DNA of 64,000 bases from Coniocarpon cinnabarinum (taxonomy: Eukaryota). The position numbers and the translations under genes are program-made. Location: assembly GCA_051942205.1 (NCBI GenBank), contig JAVECO010000027.1, positions 1-64,000 of the forward strand, read 5' to 3'. Below are positions 49,103-62,474 of the stretch, in pieces (the first letter of the stretch is position 1; each line of letters opens with the position of its first letter). Below the pieces are notes generated by a model. It was given only the letters and a program-made list of their open reading frames with translations, was not told the DNA's origin and searched no databases.

Positions 49103-49881
49103 ATTGAGAAGTCGTGTGGACAGTTTCAGGCTGGGCGGGCTTGGCTACACAGATGTCAGGTCTCAGATCACAATCCGCAAACGATCCACTTACGACCTGA
49201 AGCAGGGCCAGATCGAGTTGGCAGCGAACTGTCTGCTCCTGTGGTAGTGGCTGTGGTGATGGCCATCCCTGATGTGTGATAGTTGATAGATGGGAGATGT
49301 TGAGGGGTGCAGCAATGCAGAGTGGGTAAAACGCCCGAGTTATCGATTGAGAGTTGTTGGTTCGAGGTTGCGGGTTTGTTGGTTCGAAGACGGTCTGTTT
49401 GTGTTTGACAATGTGGTAGTGTTATCCTGGGTGGGTTGCAAACTTCAAGTGCTTGCAGTTGTTCTTGTTGACGAAGAGAAAGCAGCAGAAGTAGCACCCC
49501 GGCATTGCTTTTATAGAAGTTGCCAAGATTCGTTGCGTATGCTAGTGTAATATTTCGTATGGCAGAGGTGAAAGAAATAAAAGGTGGAACGAAGGTAGAT
49601 GGCAGCATTCAGGCAAAGGTGGAGGTCCACCTTTCAGCTGGAAAATGGGAAGTGGGAAATGCAAAGTCTTATGATGCTTGGAGTTGCTTGCGTGAAGCGC
49701 TTTGAGACCGTAAAAACTATCTTGGCAAGATCTAAGGCCATATGTTGCCAGTGCTTCTTGCAAAGGCCAACAAATGCCTTCGTCATTGCAGAGAGATATT
49801 TTGTTTTCAAAGGCCAAGGAAGGGAAAGGACTGCGGCAGACGAGATGAAGGCGGCGGACATTTACTTTAGTGTGCGGACAT

Positions 49882-49962
49882 CTTTTGGCTGCGGTCTACT
49901 TTTGGCTGCGGCCTACTTTTGGCTGCGGTCTACTTTTCGCTGCGGCCTACTTTTGGCTGCGG
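49882..49962. repeat. 17-bp tandem repeat CTTTTGGCTGCGG(T/C)CTA
   Basis: About 4.7 near-perfect copies. Confidence 0.85.
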
Positions 49963-50407
49963 AGATTACACTGGGGCGAAAACATTTAGCTGCAGCAAGC
50001 ATTTGGCTGCGGCGTCCACACACATGTGGTCATAATTTGATTAGCGCGAACGATTTCGTTACTAGCCCATTCTTAGTGGCTCCCAGGCTTCTTTTATCTA
50101 CGAAGCACATGGGAAAGGCATGTCAGGTTCGCAGTTTCACGAGTCAGACAGTGCATGAGAAGATTTGCACGGCATGTCCCTTCAGTGACATCCGGTCTGG
50201 TAATGTCTTGTGTCTGTTCGTGTCGCTCAACTTTGCAAAAGCTCTGCGCGAAGCAGGGTCCTCGCCTCGAGAACGATGTAACTTACGATGCAGATATCGT
50301 TCGAGCTCGTCGAAAGAGAGCGGAGTTGCATGAATACACAGTTTTGTCCTTGTTCAGACTTTTTCCAAAGGGAACGCAGAGCTGAAGCGAGATTGCGAGC
50401 CCCGCTG

Positions 50408-52089
50408 CTACCTTTTTGCAAGCTTCACGCTCGTGGTGTTTTTGGGTAGTTCTTTGGTGTAGGGGAGGATTTCTGGGTTGCCTGGTAAGTAGGGCCGCAA
50501 GACCTCAGGCACTTTCATTCCCTGGGGTTCAGTCAGCGAAATCTGTAGAAGATGTGAAATTAGGAGCCGCACTAACCTCTTCTGTTTGGTAGTTCTCCAT
50601 GATGCAGCAAAGCGCTCTCTCCGTCGCACATAACGTCGCGTTGAGCGCATGCACATATGTTTTCCTTCGAGTGTCCCTGTCAGCTTGTGTCTTGGGCCCA
50701 TGCCGTATCTCCAGTTCTCGTGTCTGGTAGTCCGTGCAGTTCGAGCAAGACACAAGCTCCTTGTATTCTCCTTGGAACGGGAACCAGGCTTCTAGATCTT
50801 GCTTCTTAGCAGCCGCGTTATTGAGAGCCCCTGAGACGATAGACACGACCTGGTAGGGAAGGCCAAGCGATTGGTAGAACTCCTCTGACGTTGCAATCAT
50901 TCGATCGAACTCTTCCCATGATTTCTCGGGATTGCAAAAGACGAACTGCTCGATTTTTTCAAATTGATGCACACGGAATATGCCCCACGCATCTTTGCCA
51001 TGCGAACCGGCTTCTTTGCGAAAACAAGTGCTGTATCCTGCATATCGTATTGGAAGTTCCTTGTCCTGGAGCCATTCACCGTCATGTAAGCAGCTCAACG
51101 GTTGTTCGCTAGTCGCGATCAGATACTTGTCGTTGTCCTTGTTGTCATCTTCTGTGACTTTGTAAAGTTCCTCGTCGAACTGCTCGAGTTGCGCGGTCTT
51201 TGACATGGGTCCTCTGTTCATAAAGAATGGTGGTTGATTGGGCGTGAAACCTTTGCTGTGGAGAAATGAGAGACCGTATTGAATGAGTGCTAGATTGAGA
51301 AATACGCCGTAACCAGTTAAGCAGTACCCACGGTGGCCAACAATTTTCGTGGCTCGCTGTGGATCATATCCATCTATTCGTGTAAGTACTTCATGATGTG
51401 AAAGGCAATCTTTTTTCTCAGGCTTGATGCCTCCAGGTGCCCATGTGCGCTCGACACGGTTGTTGTCCTGGCATGTATCAAAACAAGAACCGTGGTGTAT
51501 TAAGATCATGCGAGCATCATACCTCATTGTCGCTGACGGGCACAGACTCATGAACAAGATTGCCGACTGTCTTCGCTTTCCTAGCCAGAGCCAACTCCTT
51601 CTCCACGGCAAGCTCCTCCTGCTTCTTCTTTTGGTCCTCAAGTTCTCTCTTCTTTTGAAGTAGCTCGTCGGCGTTTTCCTTGTTCTGCATCAGGCATGTC
51701 AGTCCTGCTTCCCACAAGCCTTGTGTCATCTCAAGAAGACCGACCTTCTTCTTCTGTCCAATCTCTTTCTGCGTGGCGTTTATTTGCGTGCCTATTTGTT
51801 GCGCCCCATATTTCGCTGCGACCATGTTTAAAAACGTTCAGTGAAGGGGTTTCTCATGCAGGCAAGCTCACTCTTGCGGTGATCTTCGTACATCTCATAC
51901 ACTTCGTCGACAAGTGCTTCAGAGGCATATCGGCTCTTCTGGCTTGCTTTGATCTTCTTAGGATCGCCTCCACTGTGATCGCGGTTAGTGCTATCCCAGT
52001 AACTCTGAGTACGAGGTGTGCTGGTGCACATGAGACGAGAGTTGTAGGCGACCATACCGCTCCGGTACAAAGTCGTTAATCTCGAGCAT
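50408..52089 (-). CDS. SES1: Cytosolic seryl-tRNA synthetase (multi-exon)
   Basis: MLEINDF..GGDPKKIKASQ, YLIATSEQP, CFRKEAGSHG, FRVHQFEKIEQF, ELVSCSNCTDYQ and HALNATLCATER motifs. Confidence 0.96.
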
Positions 52090-52604
52090 ATTGAGCTGCT
52101 CAAATCTCGATGAAGATGTAAGCGGATATGCTGCTCGAACACACAACGACGAACAAGATGTGCCGCAGTCAAAAGATGGGATGAGCAAAGAAGCGTCGGA
52201 GGAACGACAGCCTACCTGGCACACATTGAGTGCGTGGGGCGCCGCTAATGTCAGGCACCGCGGGGCATCGCAGGGGCGGTTTCAGCCCTAGGTAGGCCCA
52301 GGAATCCCCTATTTGAATAGGGGCTGCCGCCACTCCATCATAGGTACTATTGGGAACTTGTGGAGGACCAGGGACTTCGATACTACCTGCATTGACACTT
52401 TCTTATAAGCGCTGTCCATAATTGCCACCCAGTAGACTGAGTGATCTCCCTATAAATTCGTTAAGACAATACCTAGCACGCCATGGTGCCAGCGCCAAAG
52501 CTCAACGCAACTCATGTCACTTACATACCCAGATCAGAAGCTTTCGTGACCTCCGCCCAGCTTCTTAGGCCACGTAGACAGAGTCAATATGATAAGAGCG
52601 TGCT

Positions 52605-53174
52605 ATGATTCGCATTCCCTCGCAGGACGTCTCTGCAATGTCCGCTCATGCTTCAACAAAAGAGAAACCTGGAGGAATGCCTTCGTCATCCAGAACGCCC
52701 TCAACCGAGTATTTCACCCACTCCACTGACTTCTCCACCGCATCTGCAAACTCAAGCCCTTCAAGCTTCGAAGTAATCGCACCCCACCCCACACTACCGA
52801 CAGAAGTCTTACGCCCCATCCTTATCCGAAACATCGAGAAAGAGCTCGATATCCATGAGCGCGTGCAACCAGGCGTGCACTGGCTCTGCCGACGCCAAGT
52901 CCGCGCAAAGCGGATCAGGCTCATGATGTCGCACGGCCTGAGGGATACACTGCCAACGCGACGCCTCCACGAGATCGCCTCGATGAATAAAGACAGCGCG
53001 GCGATCGTCAAGCAGACGCTGGAGGCACGCTTGCGACGGTATCGGGACCGGGTCGCAGAAATTGAGGGGCAACACCTGCCGCGAAGTCAATGGATGGAGA
53101 AGAGTGATAGATATATGGAGAAGCGACATTGCGAGGCGACTATGAAATGTTTGGAGCGGCTCAAACTGCCGTGA
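52605..53174 (+). CDS. Hypothetical protein
   Basis: 189-aa ORF with a Ser-rich N-terminus and helical C-terminus; TATA-like sequence about 150 nt upstream. Confidence 0.5.
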   Translation: MIRIPSQDVSAMSAHASTKEKPGGMPSSSRTPSTEYFTHSTDFSTASANSSPSSFEVIAPHPTLPTEVLRPILIRNIEKELDIHERVQPGVHWLCRRQVRAKRIRLMMSHGLRDTLPTRRLHEIASMNKDSAAIVKQTLEARLRRYRDRVAEIEGQHLPRSQWMEKSDRYMEKRHCEATMKCLERLKLP

Positions 53175-53688
53175 GCCTTGTGTGGATGTTTCTGGCTCTT
53201 TGGTAGATCAGTCATGTCAGGTCTAAGGCCACAATTCTCGACATTGACGTTGCGGTAGATTGAAGTTTGGATACGCGGAACAACAAGTGAGAAATTTGAG
53301 AGGAAAGCGAACGCTATAGAGACATTGAAGGACAATATTCGATTGGCTGCTCAAGGAGCCAAACTTCAAACCATCATGTACTAATTCAAAACTTCTCAAC
53401 GAGGAGCACGCAAGAGTGGCGGCACCGTATCTCAGCGCTCCGCAATCGCGTATCCAACGTCTCGCTGAAACAATTAGCGCTTGAACACAAAATATCCATG
53501 CGCCTCGCAGTCTTCACAACACTCAGCACAAGTTCCTCCACCATGTCGTGACGCCATGCAGCGTTCAGCAAACGCACATCAAGGTATCGCAAGCTATCAA
53601 TTGGTGTTCTGTCAAAACCAGATTCGTCGCCGTCGTGTCGTAAACATTAGCGTCGTTCTTATGCCAAACTGTCATGCATGGAACTCTT

Positions 53689-54541
53689 TCACATGACGGC
53701 GCATTTGCCGCCGCCTGTAGGCTCATTTGGATCATTCGTCTTCTCGATTTGGCCAATCATGCCTTCGAAAGACTTCCCAACGTTCTCGTTATAGCGTGCG
53801 CTTGCTTCACTGAATGCGCAGTCGAATTCTTGAGCCAGTTTCTTGCCATCGTCTGGAAAGACCTGTCGCTGCTCTTGACGTAGGTCTGATTTGTTGCCCA
53901 CGATCATCATTGGTACCCAGTCCACGCCCTGATTTCCACGGTCAGTAGAGAGGATACATTCGCGGGTGATGAGGCACGCACGAGGTGGTTGAGAATTTTC
54001 TCGCGTATTACGCGCACCATCTCGAAAGACTGCTTCGATTGTACAGAGTACACAATCATATAACCGTGTATGCCGATGAAGTGCTTGGAGTTGAGGAGAG
54101 TGTATTCGTCCTTGAGTGATGGCTTCACGTCAGCATGTTGCGACTCTGGTGTCTGCCCCGCTTCGGACGGCTTTAACGCTGGGATTGTAGGCGCTTGCGC
54201 ATCTGGAGCAGGTGGCGACAAAGACAGTGGCGGGTCAAATACCTGTCCGGCGGTGTCGATGATCTCTGTGGCGAAATCTTGACCCTTGTATTTTATGATT
54301 TTGCTGAAAGTGTTCTCGATGGTGGGGTAGTAGCTCTCAACAAAGTGGCCGTCAACATATTGGACGGTGAGGGAGGATTTGCCTGCGCGCGAGAGTGTGT
54401 CAACTCCTGACGATCCTTGATGAAGTGTGTACTAGATGTCGCTCTGCGTCGCCACTCATAGAGGAAGCAGAGTCAGTGGAGGAACGTACCAACTGATCGG
54501 CTACCAACTACGGCGATCTTTCGCAACTTTTGCGCAGGCAT
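53689..54541 (-). CDS. RHB1: Rheb small GTPase (multi-exon)
   Basis: RKIAVVGSRSVGKSS, YYPTIENTF, DTAGQDEY, GNKSDL and the CAAX box CAVM. Confidence 0.95.
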
Positions 54542-55182
54542 TCTCAGGAAGAATCAAGTCGGTAGCCAAAAGCGTGTCGGAGGCTGCACACGCCCCAAAT
54601 GGCGATAAAACTACGTCGCATGAATAGAAGAGATGCTGGGCAGAGAGCGAGAGAGAGCAAACTCCAGATTCGCCTTGGAAAGTAGGGCGAGGGCACGTCC
54701 ACCCCTTGCGCACTGATCTCCAATGATGTAATGCTCGCCCACCGAGAAATGTCTCGTGGTGTGCACGGTTTGCAGCGAGCTGAAGCAATCCATGGCGTCC
54801 AAGGCAAGGACAAGACTTGTTTGACGTGGGGTGGAGAGCGAGACAGCACGGAGAGGATGCTGGAGGGACAAGACGAGCTGAGTTGGGGTCAGATGACCGT
54901 CTGGCTCGGTGTGTACTCCACCAGCAGGCTACGAAAGAAAGCCTTGTCATTGCACAGGAAAAGACATGGTCATTCATCATTGGGTATCTCGGTCAGCCTG
55001 GACGTCCAGGGTATCTTCCATGCCATGCAACGCCGGTCACTTGCCCTCCCTGATTGCGCCACCCCTCTCCTCATCTCGGCGTCTCGCATGTATGCATGTA
55101 CAGGATCGTCCTCCTCCTCCTCCTCCTCCTCGTTTCGTGTCTCATCTCCACATCCACGTGTGACATCCTCCACACGTGGACA

Positions 55183-57885
55183 CTAGTCCCCAATGCTGCG
55201 CTTCAGGGTCTCTGCAACCGATTGCAGCCGGTTGGTGTACATGCTCCACGTCTCGCCGCTGTCTTCCACATCATCAACACGTCGGTGAAGCTTGGCAAAT
55301 TCATCAACGGCATCCACCAGGCTGACAAGTCTCTGTCCCGGCAGCTTTCTTTTGATGCGCTGTAAGCCATGTGAGTCTTGACACATGTTGGCAAGCAAGG
55401 CCGCCAGGTACCCAAAGGCAACATTGGCCTGAGACTCGCCCAGCGACTGCGCTTCCTTCACCTTCCCTCGCTGTTTGTTGAACAAATCCACGAGGTTTTC
55501 AAGTGCAGATGCGTGCGAGCTTGCCAGCGTGTGACGTACGTCCTTGCTCACCTCGGTGAAGTTGTACAACGTCCCCAGCGAGAGCACCAATTCATTGAAC
55601 TCGCTTACACGGTCTTCGCTCGTGGCAATCGTTGATAGAATGCGGAACCAGCTTCCGACTCTTTTCAAGATGAAGCCGAGAGAGCGATCTGTGGCAAGGA
55701 CTCGAGAGTTGATTTCGTTCCCGTCGGCAAGATTCAGAAGTAATCGGAGAGATAAGCATCTTAGCGCAATTTTGTCCGCAGAGTGTAATCCAAGAATGGC
55801 TTGCGAAACTCTCGCCACTTTCAGTACCTGCTCTGTTGACCACAACTCGTTGTCGTCAGCACTTGCCGATGAAGTCGTCAGTAAGCATAGGATCGACAGT
55901 GCTTTCTCTATGATAAACCTCGCCTGGACCGATTGTCTCACGCTCTGGATGTGACTAAATGCAACGTTTGCCGATGTCTCGAAAGCTGAGATGACTTGAT
56001 CAACTGCTGGCGGGTTCAGAAGGATGTCAGTATTGCCAAATTCTCTCGATCTTTGCAAGAAGGCTTCAATGGTGACTAAAGTAACCAACTGAGGACTGAA
56101 GGCGATCTCGCGATCTGATGTCGGTATTGAAGACGACAGCATCTTATCAACAAAGCTTTCGACGCTCTGCTGAGTTGAACGCGACGAGGCCGTCTTTCGT
56201 TCTTTGGCCATTGATCGCACGTCTTGCGTAGCAACAAGCATTCTTGATAGATGATGAATGATGCCGGCATCATGTATCTGAGCCACAGTCCTGGGATCAC
56301 AAGGCTCTGCGAGAAGCAGCTGGATGCATGCGCCGATGACGGTACAATTGATATCGTCAGCTTCATCTGCGCAGCATCTAAACACTTCGATTCCATGATT
56401 GCCGGCAATCACGCGTGCTTTGAAAGGAGCATTGCGTAAGCATTCGGCGAGCTTCATGAGCGCCCCACGACGACCTCGCGATGCTGCTTGGCTCGTGCTT
56501 TTGAGGTCGTCAATAACGGTAATGATTTGGTCGTCGAATCTTTGAGCGTCACCTCCAAGCTTCAGCTCGTGAATTGAGCGCAGCTGGCCGGCACCGTCGT
56601 CGTTGTCATCCTCCAGATCAAAATCACTTGGGTGCCCATGCTGTTTACCGTGCTGTGTGACTTTGGGGTTTATTGGAGAGACTTCCACATCTAGCGGTTG
56701 TGTGAGCAAATCATCTAACCCTTGACTTGCTTCCGAGAGGTAAGATCGTTGCTGGGCATAGGTGATTCTGGGAGCACGAGTAAATTGCTTCTTGGTTGCA
56801 TTTCCATTGCTCGAAGCAGGATCGGTTCCCGAGTCATTTCGCTGGAGACCGGGTGGTTTTGGCACAGCGGAAAGCGCGACATCTGTGATGGCCTCTTCTT
56901 CTGACTTTGAATCCTTCGGGGGAACGAAAGGAGTATCCGAGCCTCTGAGTCTGTCGATCAGTCGCCGTTGAGATGGTAAGGCTTTTGGCGCAACTCTTTC
57001 GTGATTCTTTGACTGAGGATTCAGTTCCAATTGACGAATTTCACTGACGGGCGTAGTCTCGCGATCATGGAGTAAATCATTGAAAAGCTTACGTTGGCGA
57101 GGAGTTGTTGTGGCTTTTCGCTGCGGAGAGGAGGACAGGTTCGACGCCGTGTTTGACGAAGGTGTCAGTGAGGCTGGGCCTGCACTTGCTGAACGGTCAT
57201 TTTTGTATGCCGGTTGTTGAAGCTCATCCGTGTCTGAAGGATCAGCAGCAACTGGCTCATTCACGTCCAAATCCATCTCATCTCGATTGGCTGTTGTTTG
57301 GACGAAGTCCACGGCATCTCTGAAACTGGCACTATCATCAGTGCCCTGTAATTGATCAACAGAGCTTTGATCATCTTGCGTTTCAATTGACGATCGGCGG
57401 TGAAGCTCATAGCGAGCTCTTTTCCTGTCGCCCTGATGCGAGTCTCGCGAATTTGACTTCACAAGAGGCTCATGAATCTTCGTGACGTTGTCATTGTCAT
57501 GCTTTCTCTTCTTCCGTGCGGGTACATTGTCTATCGAGTTGGTGAACTTTGGAGTGAATCCTGTGGCTTTGTTCTTGCTAGACTGAGGTGTTGACTTTTT
57601 GCCTACTGCTTGCTTCGAGGGCGTGCTTAGTAGCGTGTCCAGTCGTGCCTCGTCTCCCTCGTGATCAGATGGAGGAACATCATATACCTCTTCATCAAAC
57701 GTGAGCTTCTTCACATGTTGTTGGCCTTTGGCTGGGGTCGAGACACGAGACAGGCTGGATGTGGATTTGGGAGGAGTACGCGCGAGGAGTGCTTCGAAGG
57801 ATGTGGCACTGAAGCCCGCTGAACGTGAGGACTTTTTGCCATAGATGGCACCACGTCGTCTACTAGCCGTGGCTGGAAGAGCCAT
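55183..57885 (-). CDS. WPL1: Wings apart-like cohesin release factor
   Basis: Disordered N-terminus with a YG motif, TYAQQRSYL, then a helical WAPL-type domain starting LRSIHEL..G..RF. Confidence 0.8.
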   Translation of the reverse strand: MALPATASRRRGAIYGKKSSRSAGFSATSFEALLARTPPKSTSSLSRVSTPAKGQQHVKKLTFDEEVYDVPPSDHEGDEARLDTLLSTPSKQAVGKKSTPQSSKNKATGFTPKFTNSIDNVPARKKRKHDNDNVTKIHEPLVKSNSRDSHQGDRKRARYELHRRSSIETQDDQSSVDQLQGTDDSASFRDAVDFVQTTANRDEMDLDVNEPVAADPSDTDELQQPAYKNDRSASAGPASLTPSSNTASNLSSSPQRKATTTPRQRKLFNDLLHDRETTPVSEIRQLELNPQSKNHERVAPKALPSQRRLIDRLRGSDTPFVPPKDSKSEEEAITDVALSAVPKPPGLQRNDSGTDPASSNGNATKKQFTRAPRITYAQQRSYLSEASQGLDDLLTQPLDVEVSPINPKVTQHGKQHGHPSDFDLEDDNDDGAGQLRSIHELKLGGDAQRFDDQIITVIDDLKSTSQAASRGRRGALMKLAECLRNAPFKARVIAGNHGIEVFRCCADEADDINCTVIGACIQLLLAEPCDPRTVAQIHDAGIIHHLSRMLVATQDVRSMAKERKTASSRSTQQSVESFVDKMLSSSIPTSDREIAFSPQLVTLVTIEAFLQRSREFGNTDILLNPPAVDQVISAFETSANVAFSHIQSVRQSVQARFIIEKALSILCLLTTSSASADDNELWSTEQVLKVARVSQAILGLHSADKIALRCLSLRLLLNLADGNEINSRVLATDRSLGFILKRVGSWFRILSTIATSEDRVSEFNELVLSLGTLYNFTEVSKDVRHTLASSHASALENLVDLFNKQRGKVKEAQSLGESQANVAFGYLAALLANMCQDSHGLQRIKRKLPGQRLVSLVDAVDEFAKLHRRVDDVEDSGETWSMYTNRLQSVAETLKRSIGD

Positions 57886-58467
57886 TGCCAGTGTTTACAC
57901 ACCACGAGCGTGGAGGTTGTAATAGCTGTGAGGAGAATAAGCACCGCGATTTGAAGGCTTTGTCTTCGGAAATTCACCTCGAAGATGGACAGCTTTGGAA
58001 GAGTGAAGGTAGCCATCATTGTAGTCGACCAGCGACCATGCTCAGCAGCAGCACGCAAAGAAACTTGATTGTTTTTTGGCACTGCTAATCACCACGTCAC
58101 TCTAAGGAATTTGTGCCTGGAAAAGGTGGCAATAACGCTGACCGATTGGCGTGTATTGTACGAATCGTACCTCTACGGCGCAGGTCACGCCCTCTGTTAC
58201 ACTTCGACGTATCATCGTGCGCGGATGCAGGCGAGAGTGTTGTGCAGGCATTCTAGCTTGCTTTAGAACTCGGTCAAATTCAGGTCGTGATCACGTCTAG
58301 GCCCGGACCTCACCGAAATACCCTTGGCACGCGACAGTACGGAGTACCTAGAAGAGGAGAATCTCTTAAGCTAGGAAGAGCAACCTAGGTTGTTTGGCTT
58401 TCTTGTTGTCAGAAAGGTTTCGAACATTACAACTTTTTGCAGATCATCGCATTAATCAAGTAACAAC

Positions 58468-59416
<949 letters not shown>

Positions 59417-59653
59417 TTTAGCGCTTGAATGGCCAAGTTCTGAGTCGACGTCGTATACCAAAAATCAGCACTTCACGTGCATGAGTCGCATTTTTTCATC
59501 GTAAAATAGTAGTTGCAAGTAATATTTGGCCACACATAGCCTTCAATCAAGCCAACCCTTGATGCTGCATTGGTCAGGCGGAGAGTTCACCAGAACACCA
59601 GTAGAGGCAGTTCGTGATCATTTATTCATGTCGTAGCAAGATATACCTCCTTC

Positions 59654-60285
59654 TCAATCTTCCGCACCGTAATCATTTTCCATGCCCTCCTCATCGTTTA
59701 CAACGAAGTCGTCTTCGAGCTGCTCCTCTTGCTGTCCACCAGCTTGAGGTCTGGGCTCGCGCGCGGTGCCTCGATAAGTGGAGCTTTTGTTGCGGGCTCG
59801 AACAGGTTCTACATCGTTCTCGTTTGCGACCGCATCGCAGGCGTCAATCCAGTCAGAGTACACATCAACACCTTCAGACAAAACTGTCAGTTGTCGTCAG
59901 TATTGATCAAAGGCACGACGACTTTGCGCTATCATCATACAGTGTATACCAGTCTGTGGCGAAGTGAGTCAGCTTAGAGTTGTTTTCCACGGTATGGATG
60001 ATCTACATACCTGATAGCTTTGTCCACAGATCTTACAGGATAGATAGCCGATGCCAAGCTTGCGGTCAAGTTTGACGGTCACCGAATCTTCATGGTTGCA
60101 GAAAAGACATTGGAATGTGCTGGGAAGAGGCTCTTTCTGTGTGGCGTCAGCTTATATGCTGATGCGATCGTAGCGTTCAGCATACCTTCTTGGGACCCGT
60201 CGGTTTGCGCGATGATTTCTTTCTTTTGCCCTGTAATTTGTCAGCTTTACTTCGGAAATCACGTCATTGAAGAGGCGCGTACCAT
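59654..60285 (-). CDS. ELF1: Transcription elongation factor Elf1 (multi-exon)
   Basis: [20 protein letters not shown] and [12 protein letters not shown] motifs; acidic tail. Confidence 0.92.
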
Positions 60286-60556
60286 GGTCGTTGACCGGGA
60301 TGTTAATCAGGCAAAGTGAGGAGGAGTGGAAAAGTGGAAAGAGGATAGTACCGTGCGGTGAAAGCTTGTACTAGGGTCGGTGTTGAAACACTTCACTCTG
60401 CGGTCATGTATCACCACATACCTAATTCGGTTACATCCTCGCAAACAAACAATCGCATAGCCAAACACGCTTTGTTTCACGAGCAGACATTTGAACTTAT
60501 AAAGGCACTACACAACCATTTCCAGGCGCACCAGCGTGCCCACAGAAAAATTCAAA

Positions 60557-62098
60557 ATGTCAGCCTCTGGGATTGAAGGCATCCTTGAAGAGATTTTGAA
60601 AAGCCTGCAAAAACTCCAGAAAGAACATGACAGCCTGGCATCTGCCGTTGATGCAATTAATGGCAAGGTAAATGTGTTGTCAACAATCAAGCAAGCGAAA
60701 GACAAATCTGAATTCTCGCCGAACGACGCCGTAACCAAAACAAATAGCACCAATCCGCGGACCACGAATAGCACACGTTCAGATCATGCCGAGAGAGGAA
60801 CACCTACCGGCAGCCCGGCACCAACATCACGGCGTGGTAGTCTCACTTCGAAGATAACCTTGACCACATATCCAGGTCAATCTGGTGTAGACCCGATCAA
60901 TCTTGATTGGGGACACCCGGATCCACAGAAGCGCGGACCGATCGTAGTTGGACGTGGTGCAACGACCCTGAGGCGGCGGAATGCCATTGGTGCTCATGGC
61001 GGATCGTATTCCACGTACTTTGCCCTGGCAGTGGCCAGTAAGAATCTCGAGCTTGATCACAAGCCAGACTTCACGAACACCGAGCCAGCTGCGTCGATCG
61101 GACCCTTTAAAACATGGGGCGATCCGGGCAAAATTGTAGCCATGGATCCGTTCGGGCATCTTGCGCCATGGCTGCACAAAGAACTCATGGACCGCGAAGA
61201 TGTCGACATTCGACCGACCATCGCAGTCACTAAGGCTCACATGAAGTTGCCTGAACTGGAGCAGAGCGTTCGTAATGGTCGACTGAAGCCGGATGGCAAG
61301 ATCTGCCTGAATGAGACAGGGGAGGTAGCAGTCACCAAATTCGCGGTCGAACCCGTGTGGTATCTTCCAGGCGTTGCCGAGCGATTTGGTATTGACGAAG
61401 GCTCATTGCGTCGCTCGTTGTTTGAAAACACTGGAGGTTCATATCCAGAGCTCATTACACGCAGCGACATCAAAGTATTCCTGCCTCCAATTGGTGGTTT
61501 GACCGTGTACTGCTTCGGAGACGTCAGCAAAATGTCAGACCCCAACGTGAGGTTGGCTTTGCGAGTGCACGATGAGTGCAATGGATCCGACGTTTTCGGA
61601 TCTGATATTTGCACTTGTCGTCCCTACCTCATCTTCGGGATTGAAGAGGCAGTCAAAGAAGCTCAGAATGGAGGTAGCGGTGTGGTAGTCTACTTTCGTA
61701 AGGAAGGTCGAGCATTAGGTGAGGTCACGAAATATCTCGTATACAACGCTCGCAAGCGTGGCTCAGACAAGGCCAGTGAATATTTCAAGCGAACGGAAAA
61801 CATCGCAGGTGTCAAGGACATGCGCTTTCAAGCGTTGATGCCTGATATCTTGCAATGGCTTGGTATTCAGAAGATTGACCGCATGCTGTCAATGTCTGAT
61901 ATGAAGCATGACGCCATCGTTGGGCAAGGCATTCCAATACAAGAACGTGTGGAGATTCCGGACGAACTCATCCCAGCGGACAGCCGAGTCGAGATTGATG
62001 CCAAGATACACGCCGGATACTTCACCAAAGGTGTGGTGCCCACCATCGAATCCCTGAACGCAGTCCATGGACGTGCATGGGAAGATGTTGATCATTGA
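60557..62098 (+). CDS. URG1: Uracil-regulated GTP cyclohydrolase II-like protein (Urg1/Urc1)
   Basis: RNAIGAHGGSY, VEPVWYLPGVAERF, RVHDECNGSDVFGSDICTC and RKEGRALGEVTK motifs. Confidence 0.92.
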   Translation: MSASGIEGILEEILKSLQKLQKEHDSLASAVDAINGKVNVLSTIKQAKDKSEFSPNDAVTKTNSTNPRTTNSTRSDHAERGTPTGSPAPTSRRGSLTSKITLTTYPGQSGVDPINLDWGHPDPQKRGPIVVGRGATTLRRRNAIGAHGGSYSTYFALAVASKNLELDHKPDFTNTEPAASIGPFKTWGDPGKIVAMDPFGHLAPWLHKELMDREDVDIRPTIAVTKAHMKLPELEQSVRNGRLKPDGKICLNETGEVAVTKFAVEPVWYLPGVAERFGIDEGSLRRSLFENTGGSYPELITRSDIKVFLPPIGGLTVYCFGDVSKMSDPNVRLALRVHDECNGSDVFGSDICTCRPYLIFGIEEAVKEAQNGGSGVVVYFRKEGRALGEVTKYLVYNARKRGSDKASEYFKRTENIAGVKDMRFQALMPDILQWLGIQKIDRMLSMSDMKHDAIVGQGIPIQERVEIPDELIPADSRVEIDAKIHAGYFTKGVVPTIESLNAVHGRAWEDVDH

Positions 62099-62474
62099 CG
62101 GAATTGTGGAGCACACACGGAGTGGCATAGAACGTCAAACATTTTTACTGATCCTGCGGAATGATTGACGATGGTAGTCAGCATAGCGCAAGGAGGTTTG
62201 CATCAGAACATGGGTACAGGAGCAACATGTCGGCGCAGATAGAAAAACATGAATAGACGATCTAACAAAGTGGAACGAATTTTATCGAGTTATGCTGTTA
62301 TCGTGACCCTCCTTGAATTGCGTTTAGGGGTAGACATGTGCCACGTTTAAAAACCAAGCTCCTCGCGCACAGACCACCGCACACAGTTTGAGCGCACCTA
62401 GCAAATTAGGACCGCTAACACACCATCGAATCCGGCCACGACATCCCCTTCTTCTCTTCGACAAACCACCCAGC

